DNA from: a virus
Taxonomy: Duplodnaviria > Caudoviricetes
Strand: one strand, 5' to 3'
IMG/VR virus record: IMGVR_UViG_3300042366_001387
Coordinates: 1-55,154 of that record
Length of the DNA stretch: 55,154 nt
In this document: positions 44,741 through 53,000 of the stretch, one piece after another
Numbering within the stretch: position 1 is the stretch's first letter
How the letters are laid out: each line of letters begins with the position of its first letter
Made by a program: the position numbers and the translations under genes
Notes under the pieces: generated by a model
Database searches by the model: none
Seen by the model: only the letters and a program-made list of their open reading frames with translations
What the model was told of the DNA's origin: nothing

Positions 44741-44752
44741 TCCGTTTCAACC

Positions 44753-45151
44753 ATGTCACTTATCGAACAGGCTCACGCATTCAGAGAGGCTTTTGATTTT
44801 AGCAATAATTTCAGCCCTGCTGGCTTTCAGCTGCAGAAACGTCTGATCAATGAAGAATACTACGAAGTGATGTCTGCATGTGAGGAGTGCGATGCCAAGA
44901 GCTTCAATATTGGTAGTAAGATCGAACTGCTGAAAGAACTCAGCGATCTTGTTTTTGTTTGCTATCAAATGGCTGCATATCTTGGACTCGACCTGGACGA
45001 GGCAATGAAGCGAGTATTTGAAAGCAATATGAGCAAGCTGGGGGACGACGGAAAGCCCCTGCGCCGAGAAGATGGAAAAGTGTTAAAGGGGCCAAACTAT
45101 CAACCCCCTGATCTGTCAGACTTGGTAATCAGCGTTCATCTTTCACAATGA
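44753..45151 (+). CDS. MazG-like/PRA-PH nucleoside triphosphate pyrophosphohydrolase
   Basis: LINEEYYE, LLKELSDLVFVCY, VFESNMSKL...RREDGKVLKGPNYQPPDL. Confidence 0.92.
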   Translation: MSLIEQAHAFREAFDFSNNFSPAGFQLQKRLINEEYYEVMSACEECDAKSFNIGSKIELLKELSDLVFVCYQMAAYLGLDLDEAMKRVFESNMSKLGDDGKPLRREDGKVLKGPNYQPPDLSDLVISVHLSQ

Positions 45152-45339
45152 GCAATCACAACTTCCCCACTGAGCAACAGCTGTCAGACTTTTTCTATGA
45201 GTGGTTCCTTGATAGCTACCCCAGGATTACGCCTTCAAGTCGCACGGTTCAGTCACACGTTGCGTTCGCTCAGGAAGCGTTAAAGCATTTTTCACCTCTG
45301 GATGCCGATACCTCTATTGATCATGACGACGAATCGTGA
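45148..45339 (+). CDS. Hypothetical protein
   Basis: ATGA overlap; F.EW..DSYP. Confidence 0.6.
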   Translation: MSNHNFPTEQQLSDFFYEWFLDSYPRITPSSRTVQSHVAFAQEALKHFSPLDADTSIDHDDES

Positions 45340-45695
45340 TCGAAGACACCAGCAGATTTGAAAAGTCTGCAAAGTGCCCCAAGTGTGGACAACACCTTTT
45401 TCGAGTTATAGAGACTCGAAACGTCAACGGGATCAAACGAAGACGAAGGCGTTGCGGTGACTCTGCCTGCGACCATCGAGAAACAACTTACGAGATAAGC
45501 TCGTCGGATTACCAGTTTCTCAAAAAAGCAAGACAGGTTGAGAAAATCTTTTCCTCTGGCGGAAAAATCGCTTCTCAAAAGCAACTTACGTGTCAAGACT
45601 CATGTTCCAATTGGGCAAATGGATCTTGCGCTTTTGGCTTTCCTGAGGCGGGTGGTAGATTTGCGGAGGAATGCACTTTGTTTGATCAGCGCTAG
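45336..45695 (+). CDS. NrdR-N-like zinc-ribbon protein (no ATP cone)
   Basis: CPKCG...VIETR...RRRRRC...C.HRETTYE; second Cys cluster at the C-terminus. Confidence 0.75.
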   Translation: MIEDTSRFEKSAKCPKCGQHLFRVIETRNVNGIKRRRRRCGDSACDHRETTYEISSSDYQFLKKARQVEKIFSSGGKIASQKQLTCQDSCSNWANGSCAFGFPEAGGRFAEECTLFDQR

Positions 45696-45700
45696 GTACG

Positions 45701-46219
45701 ATGGCTTTTCTTAGTGATGCCCAAATCAGAAAACAGTGCCAAGAGGACAGGCTCGTCGAAGGCTATCTTGATGAACTCATTGGCCCCTGCTCCATCGATG
45801 TCCGCCTTGGGGCGGAAATTATGGTGGAAACACTCCATTCGAGAGACCTTGAAAAAGTCTCTATTGCTAGCACAACTGAGCAACGGCCATACTTGTTAGT
45901 GCCTCAGCAGTTTATACTGGCTCACACTATTGAGCTGTTTAATATTCCTGACACGCTTTGTGCCTTTTTCGCCCTAAAAAGCAGTCGTGGGCGGGAAGGA
46001 ATATCCCATGTTCTTGCTGGATTTTGTGATGCAGGCTGGAACAACAGCCGTCTCACACTTGAGCTTCACTCCGTTCGCCAATATCACTCAATTCCTATTT
46101 GGCACGGGATGTCTATCGGGCAAATGATTTTCGGTGACATGTCTCAGGTCCCAGAAAAAAGCTATTCCTTGGTGGGGCGATACAATAATTGCCCCACAGT
46201 TGAACCCAGCAAGGGCTAG
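45701..46219 (+). CDS. dcd: dCTP deaminase
   Basis: LSDAQIR, P.SIDVRLG, LKSSRGREG, AGFCDAGW, LTLEL, IGQMIF, Y...GRY. Confidence 0.92.
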   Translation: MAFLSDAQIRKQCQEDRLVEGYLDELIGPCSIDVRLGAEIMVETLHSRDLEKVSIASTTEQRPYLLVPQQFILAHTIELFNIPDTLCAFFALKSSRGREGISHVLAGFCDAGWNNSRLTLELHSVRQYHSIPIWHGMSIGQMIFGDMSQVPEKSYSLVGRYNNCPTVEPSKG

Positions 46220-46539
46220 TCCTCTTTCCAGCCCATCGACTCAAGATCTTTCTTGAGCTCCTCTGGCATTTGATAATCGGCATTGCCAGGTCTCGCCGCG
46301 TCGAGGGCTTCCTTCAGCGCCCATCTCATCTTGCTGTTGTTGAACGAAGCCTGGTAATTTAGTATCAACGCAAACTCCAGCAGCCCCGTATAGTCGCCAC
46401 TGCTATAAAGTTGCTTCAATTTCATTGAATTGCTCGCCTCGGCGAACTGGTCCTCCTGACGATAATGAAACTGATTCACAGAGATCAAGCGTGTGTCCAA
46501 CAATACTCGCGTTTGGCTGGAAGAGCCATCCCCTGACAA
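46216..46539 (-). CDS. Hypothetical protein
   Basis: 107-aa ORF filling the gap. Confidence 0.55.
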   Translation of the reverse strand: MSGDGSSSQTRVLLDTRLISVNQFHYRQEDQFAEASNSMKLKQLYSSGDYTGLLEFALILNYQASFNNSKMRWALKEALDAARPGNADYQMPEELKKDLESMGWKED

Positions 46540-46640
46540 CGATTGGCAATGGCTGTGTTACGGTCTTGGCATGGTGTTTGCGCATCGCTACCAGTGGCAA
46601 GCCGAGTGGAAAATGCGCTGGATGGAGCTAGCATCCGGCT

Positions 46641-47573
46641 GTGAAACAGGACAACCCCGCCCTCAAGGCCTACCTCAATGCGGTGGGCAAGTACCCGCTC
46701 CTGGGGCCAGAGGAGGAGCTTGCCCTGGGGAAAATGGTCCAAAGATTGATTGAACTGGAAGAAAAAGTAAGCTCAGGGCAAATTCTTGACGTACAAGAAG
46801 AATCGCAACTGTTTATAGGGCAAAAAGCAAAAAGCAGATTTATCAACTGTAACTTAAGGCTAGTTGTTGATATTGCGAAAAAGTATCATTACCAGTGCCA
46901 AACGCTTGAGCTGCTTGATTTGATACAGGAAGGCAATCTTGCTTTGATAAGGGCGGTAGAAAAATTTGACTACACCAGGGGGTACAAGTTTTCTACTTAT
47001 TGTTACTGGTGGATTAGGCAGGCAATGCAGAGAGCGGTTGGCTCTCTTGATTCTTCAATCAGGCTTCCGACAAGCTTTCGCGACGTTATTTTCAAGATCA
47101 GCAAAGCGACTGAACGCCTGTCAAAAACTCTTGGGCGTCGCCCCACCGCAGAAGAGCTTGCAGAGGAACTTGGTGTATCGACGGAAATACTCGATCTTGC
47201 GAACCAGAGATCTCAGGGTGTTTTGAGTCTCGATGTTCTTATTGATTGCGAATCTGCAAAAGTGTCAGTAATTGATAGCATTGAAGATGTAGTCAATGTC
47301 AATACCATTGAAAACCTTGACGCAAAAATAATGCTAGAAGAGCTTTTGTTTGCTCTTGAGAATTTTCTGGACGAGACCGCAGGAATTGTGCTTTTAGAGC
47401 GTTCTCGTTCGACCCCAACCCCATGGAAAGAACTTGAAAAAATAACAGGTCTCAGCAAGTCAAGACTTAAACAGGTGGAAAGATCTGCTATAGCAAGATG
47501 CAGAGTAATGATCGAAACCCATAAAGTAATGGGGCTTGACTTTACTTCTCAATCTTCTCTGCTGCCTGATTAA
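46641..47573 (+). CDS. RNA polymerase sigma70 factor (RpoD/group-2-like)
   Basis: YL..VGKYPLL..EEE; NLRLVVDIAKKY; DLIQEGNLALIRAVEKFDYTRGYKFSTYCYWWIRQA; region 4 divergent. Confidence 0.95.
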   Translation: MKQDNPALKAYLNAVGKYPLLGPEEELALGKMVQRLIELEEKVSSGQILDVQEESQLFIGQKAKSRFINCNLRLVVDIAKKYHYQCQTLELLDLIQEGNLALIRAVEKFDYTRGYKFSTYCYWWIRQAMQRAVGSLDSSIRLPTSFRDVIFKISKATERLSKTLGRRPTAEELAEELGVSTEILDLANQRSQGVLSLDVLIDCESAKVSVIDSIEDVVNVNTIENLDAKIMLEELLFALENFLDETAGIVLLERSRSTPTPWKELEKITGLSKSRLKQVERSAIARCRVMIETHKVMGLDFTSQSSLLPD

Positions 47574-48769
47574 GCGGCTTCCTGGTAAACGCTCACAAAC
47601 ACCTTCCCGGTCTTTGTTAAAGGCAAGACCTTATCTCGAAGATCGACGTTGCGCATACGAATGCAGCCATGGGTTGGGAAGAGCTGTTGATTTGCCGCCC
47701 AGGCGCCAGGCCAGCCACAGGCGCTACCGCCCCCATGGATCATGATTCCAGCCCGCTCATACCTGCTCTCCTGGCCCTCCAGGTCGATCAGATCGAAGCT
47801 GTACCAGCCATAGGACATGAGGGTGCGGTCAAAACCTGGATTCGCCCCAACCCTTTCATAGTCCTTGTAGATTTCCCCAATGCTGTAAACACCTGGGGGC
47901 GTGTCAGTATTTGTATATCGCCATTCTCTGTCACTTCCCTGCCCCCGAGCAAGTGCCGGAACACTCCAAAGCCTTGCGCCTTCAAAGCTGAAAGCTTGGG
48001 CGGCTTCGGTGATGTCGCTAACAATGATGTGGCTATCTCCTTTCTTGAAGCCAAAGTCATGCGGCGTTTTTTTTGGCCCAGTCGCTCCAAAAATAATGAG
48101 AGGGCGAGGATGCTGAGGAGTAACCTGCTGAAGCGGAAGGGCGACAGCAGGAGGGGTTGGGGGCGTAGGTGAATTGTCATTCATCAAGCGAATGAGCTTC
48201 GTGGCGTAATCGGGATCTGTTGCATATCCCTCTGAGACAAGCATTTTGGCTGCAGCTTCTCTGCTCGTCGCACTGTTTACGCCTTTGTAATTCTTAAAAT
48301 CTTTATACCACCTATCAACAAGATACTTGATACAGTCCTGGGGCGTGGCGAAATCAATGAAACTATCAACGATCTCAATCCATTTGCCGTTGATAAATTC
48401 TTTCGTCTTTGTTTCTGTTCCCGCCCCCTTCAGCCCGAAATAGTTGTTAAGACCAGAAACATGTTCGCCCCAACCGCTCTCCAGGGCCCATTGAGCGGCT
48501 ACCAGCTCGGGGAACTTCGCCCCAGCAGTCTTTGCCATCGAGGAGACCTCCGCCCACCCGGAAGGCCCTCGTGGGGGCGCGAGAGAGGTCAGTGGGGTCT
48601 TGCTGGGCACTGCGGCAACCCAGATGTCCCTGAGGGCTCCACCCGGCTGCAGTGCTCCTGGATCAAGCTCTTCTACGCGGTCAAGCAGCGCCTGAAGAAA
48701 CGCCAAATGATGAGACTTGCTCGGATCGAAATGATTTGCATAGTTATTGGTTGGAACTTTGTTGGTCAT
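47570..48769 (-). CDS. Endolysin: GH73 glucosaminidase plus L,D-transpeptidase (YkuD)-like domain
   Basis: AAQWALESGWG, NNYFGLKG, GYATDPDYA; DTPPG.Y, IMIHGGG, THGCIRM.N. Confidence 0.88.
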   Translation of the reverse strand: MTNKVPTNNYANHFDPSKSHHLAFLQALLDRVEELDPGALQPGGALRDIWVAAVPSKTPLTSLAPPRGPSGWAEVSSMAKTAGAKFPELVAAQWALESGWGEHVSGLNNYFGLKGAGTETKTKEFINGKWIEIVDSFIDFATPQDCIKYLVDRWYKDFKNYKGVNSATSREAAAKMLVSEGYATDPDYATKLIRLMNDNSPTPPTPPAVALPLQQVTPQHPRPLIIFGATGPKKTPHDFGFKKGDSHIIVSDITEAAQAFSFEGARLWSVPALARGQGSDREWRYTNTDTPPGVYSIGEIYKDYERVGANPGFDRTLMSYGWYSFDLIDLEGQESRYERAGIMIHGGGSACGWPGAWAANQQLFPTHGCIRMRNVDLRDKVLPLTKTGKVFVSVYQEAA

Positions 48770-49080
48770 GGCAATGATTTGTTTGCGGTAATTCGTGGAT
48801 CGTAAATCTTAAACAGTTCGTCAATTTCTGTATCGCTCCATGATTCGCCCGTGACGGACTCAAGTCTTTCCCTTAGTTGAAGATTAATATCTCTTGCCCC
48901 ATACCTTGAAAATGCTCCAGGCATTTTTTCGTCAAGAAACTCCATTGCAGCAGGGGCGTGCTTAATGATCTTTCGCTTGACAAATCTTTTAGCGATCGGC
49001 TTGATCAATGCCTCTTCGATACCAAGCAGCACAAACGCAATGCCGACAGAAGAGATGTTTTCAAGAATCAATTTAATCAT
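48766..49080 (-). CDS. Putative membrane protein of the lysis module
   Basis: N-terminal hydrophobic helix; ATGA overlap with the endolysin. Confidence 0.6.
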   Translation of the reverse strand: MIKLILENISSVGIAFVLLGIEEALIKPIAKRFVKRKIIKHAPAAMEFLDEKMPGAFSRYGARDINLQLRERLESVTGESWSDTEIDELFKIYDPRITANKSLP

Positions 49081-49081
49081 T

Positions 49082-49627
49082 TCAGCGCCCTCTGTCTTTG
49101 TTTCTGTCTTTGTTTTTGTTTTGAACTTGCTTCAACTCACCATACCTTTTCAATGCCTTTCTAACTTGATAGCGACTAATGCCGAGAGAGTCACTGATTT
49201 GTTCTTGCGTCATGCCGGAATCTCGCTTGGCAGCAATTTCTGCTGGGTCGGGGGCGGAAACACTAAAAGTATTCGGCTCGACAAGCTCCCGTGGCGGAAG
49301 CTTTGATTCGGGCAGGATTGCATCATCTACATGCAATTTCCTGTTGTAAGTGTTGAACGCCCCCCAGTTGCCAAGCAGTGCCAAAACACCTGTTGCAACA
49401 ACCGGGGCATTTTCTTGGATCGCCTGATCGCACTGGCCCGCCCCAGTTTGATAGCGAATGCAGTCAGCAATTTTATATCCGCCAATCAAAGCCGCTAGCA
49501 CGCCGCCTACGACAGAGGCGCCGAAAGCCGCTGGTGCCAGGCTTGGTTGATTCCTTGCGATTGCAATTCCCCCTTTCATCAAAGAGGCTGCCGCATCAGA
49601 GTGCATAAACGACTGGAAAAGTTTCAT
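49082..49627 (-). CDS. Putative holin-like membrane protein with C-terminal HTH
   Basis: Two hydrophobic segments; GMTQEQISDSLGISRYQVRKAL. Confidence 0.6.
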   Translation of the reverse strand: MKLFQSFMHSDAAASLMKGGIAIARNQPSLAPAAFGASVVGGVLAALIGGYKIADCIRYQTGAGQCDQAIQENAPVVATGVLALLGNWGAFNTYNRKLHVDDAILPESKLPPRELVEPNTFSVSAPDPAEIAAKRDSGMTQEQISDSLGISRYQVRKALKRYGELKQVQNKNKDRNKDRGR

Positions 49628-49905
49628 TGTCCAATTTCAAGTTTGATTAGCCGTCGATCATGTTGATCAACCGTATCTTCCAGTTTTTGAAATCTGTCTC
49701 CAAAGGCATCCTGATTTTTAAGGATTTGTGTTATTTGGGTTTCAAGTTGCTGTAGCCTATTTGGCAGGCTCATCACAAGCCAACCAACTCCGCTAGCCGT
49801 TCCAACAATGGCAGCGGCAAGAACGGTGGCAGAGGTGCCCTGGGCCACCTGAACGAAGGAGAAGCCCCTCCCCTGCGCTTTCGACTGATTCTCGGGAATT
49901 GGCAT
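49624..49905 (-). CDS. TM plus coiled-coil protein (holin/XhlA-like)
   Basis: TM helix followed by LQQLETQI...VDQHDRRLIKLE. Confidence 0.65.
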   Translation of the reverse strand: MPIPENQSKAQGRGFSFVQVAQGTSATVLAAAIVGTASGVGWLVMSLPNRLQQLETQITQILKNQDAFGDRFQKLEDTVDQHDRRLIKLEIGQ

Positions 49906-50030
49906 AGGATGGGCGCCCCTGTTTTCACAATAGCCATCGGAAAAGTTAACAAAAGCTTACCCAGGTTCAACCGGGTCGATCTTTTGTGTGAAAGCAATTG
50001 GGGCGAAGCTCTGTCTTTGATCGACGATTA

Positions 50031-50050
50031 GCCCGGCGGTAGAGCCGGGC
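50031..50050. terminator. Hairpin after the tail-fibre gene
   Basis: GCCCGGC-GGTAGA-GCCGGGC; weak U-tract. Confidence 0.5.
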
Positions 50051-50062
50051 ATGTCGCCATTG

Positions 50063-53000
50063 TTACGGTACAGGTATCTCAACTATATTTGCGGTAAAGT
50101 TTGCAAACAATTGAGCCCCCGTGTAGGTGGTTCCAGCGTGCGTCCAACTGTTGTTGGAATGTAAAACCTGAACTGCGCGATCCAGCTTGATTGGCGGATT
50201 TGCGGATGGACCGTTAACAAAAACGCAGTCAAAAATCAGCATGGGGTCATAGCAGTTTGCACCCGTTGCCTTGCTGAGAATCGCATAACCAGTGTTGGTC
50301 CATCCAGAAATATAGCAATCCTGAATTGAAGTAGTCCTGGACGACGGAACAGTAATTGTCTGCGCATCTCGCTCATAGAAAACACGCGACCCAACAGAAC
50401 TGCAGCGTCGAATGGAGTTAGCGCGAGAGTCATTCAACTCCTTCACGTCCATGTCTGTTGAACGGAAGAATCGGCAGTTCCTGATTAGCGCTTGACCAGT
50501 AGGCGCGTAAACACCAATTGCATTGTCGTAGAACCAACAGCCATCAACATTAATCATGTAGTCGTTGCCGTTGGTAGCCGAAAGTGCTGTTCCGCAATTG
50601 ATAAAAATACAATCTCGCCACTGACTTGACTCTAGGTACTTGTCGCTAAGTGTTCCCGGCCTTGACAGCGATCCACTGCCATTCTGGGTAAAGTTCCTGA
50701 ACACCTCAAATTGGTGCAAAACTTTTGATTCACGCATCACGGTACTCCGGTGCATAAATCCCTTGCCAGCTATGTTTCGGCCATCCCAGATGATGCCAAT
50801 GTAGCTGGAGTGTGGCGCTCCATCCGAGCGGAACATTTGGCCTCCGCTAGCGCCGTGCCATTCAACAATTGTGTCTCGACCATGGCCACGCATATTGAAA
50901 GAAGTGCTCTGCCCGGCACCAGACTGCATTGCAGTGCTAGCAACTGGACTAGCAAAACTGATATTAAGTATGTACGTGCCAACTCCGCCCGTGCCTGTGC
51001 CTCTCGATTTAATGATCGGCCCCTCAGTAACACCATTGCCCTGGACGGCATGACCGGTCGTAATCGTTCCGCTGGAGACTGCTGTAACAGTCAGAGTGTT
51101 TCCAGTGATAGAACCGGTAAACGAAGCCGATACGGTAATCGGGGGCGGATAGGGGAACAGTTCGCTAGCCAGGCAGTAAGTGCCGGGCGGCAGATAAACC
51201 GTAGACCAGGGAGAATTTTTCTTGCGCACTTCGTTGCAGGCCGCCAGGATCGCCGCAGTGTCCTGGTTTTTGTTTGCAGGATTACCGTTGCCAACAGCAG
51301 AGACTCCCCCATTGACACTAGATGGCAGCGCTTTTACGTCCAGCCAGTCAGAGCGCTTTTCCCAGTCAAGCTGTGGCAGCAACGGCGGCGTCGTAATTTC
51401 CCCGGAAGTGGGCAGAGGGAAAGTTGCGCTGTCGATATATTTGTTCAGAAGCAGATCCATGCGGCTGAGCTCGCGCAGGTCGTTTAGCGCTTGTCCGGCC
51501 AGCGTGAGAGTGTTGGAATCGGTAATATTTGGCACAACCTTGCTGGCGGACACGGTCGCACCCGGATTCCAGTTTGCAAGTACATGGCGACCAACATTTG
51601 TGCCACCTTGAATTTTTGGAGCCGCTTGCCCAACGCCCTGCTTAAACGAATTACCGGCCAGCAGCACAGATACTGGAGCCGTGCCTGCGCAAGTAAACTT
51701 AAACTCAAGCTTATTTGGGTCGTAGTCTGACCCTCCAGACTCAAAAGCATTTGAGTATTCGGCAGAAAGCATGGAAAGGCGCCCCCTCCAATCGCTTACT
51801 GTTACATAGGTTTCATAAGGTAGTTTATTCGTGTCTGTTGTTAGCTGAGCAGAAGATCCGTAGGCTCCATTGAGAACAGAAGAAGAAAAGGTGACCCGAC
51901 CTGTCCTCGTATCCCCCGGTGAACCACTAAGAACCAGCGCAGGCGAAGCAAAGTTTTTGTTATCCAGGGTCGTGGTAGGCCTTAGCTGCTCAATATAATG
52001 ATCAGAGGCGATAAAACTAAGATTGTCCTCAATCCTGGCCATGCCATAAAAGTTCAGCGCACCAAAGAAGCCATTGCGCAGGGCTGTCGAACCCCTAACC
52101 CGTAACGCGCCCCAGCCTTGTTGACCGTATTGGCTAAACAAGATTCGCGCATTGGAGCAATTGTCAAAGCTAACGCCTTTCCGCTGACTGCTAGTAGCAG
52201 AAGATGTAAGAATGCTATTGCTGTTCAGGTTTAGCACTTGCCATGCCATTCCAGCGTTGGAGGTGAAAGAATATGATTGCCCGTTACTTGGATTGACAAA
52301 CTGTGAACCCCACCCATTAAAATTACAATGTTCGTAATGAAGCCGAGACGGCTTGGAGCTGTCGCTGGACGATTGGCGCACGACAAGGCGCATTTGATCT
52401 GTGTTATGCCTAATATCCAAAAACTCGATACGACCAGTAAAGTCAATAATCTCAAAAACGGGAGAGATTGAACTACTCGCAGTGTCGTGACCAATTATAG
52501 ACGTTAGGTTTAATCCAGCTCCGCCAATCATGTAATTGCCGCCAGTTACGACAATAGTGCGCAAGGTTTTGTAGCTTGCCCTTGGGAAATACGCCATTGC
52601 GTATTCACCTGTTGAGGCAGCCCAGTCTCTTGCTGCGTTGATACAGGCTTGCATGGCAGCCCAGTCATCGGCACTGTTGTTTCCAACAGCAGAAACACCA
52701 CCGTTCACGTTTGACGGCAGGTTCCGAACATCAAATATCTTTACAGGAACAAGGGCCTGTGGCAATGGAGTGGTAGTTGGCACTGGAGGTTCTGGCGGGG
52801 GTGGTGGCAGCACTGTGCCCTTTCTGTATCGCAAATTGTCAAACAAGCATGTTCCAGTCTTTCGATTTGAATCAGCGCCAGTTCCACCAGCAAATAAACC
52901 AAATGCAGTAAAGCTTTCCGTGCCGGGCGTGACAGCAATGCTTACTGCTGTGCCAATAAGCGTACCAGACAAAACACCGGAACCATTAGGCGTGCCGGTC

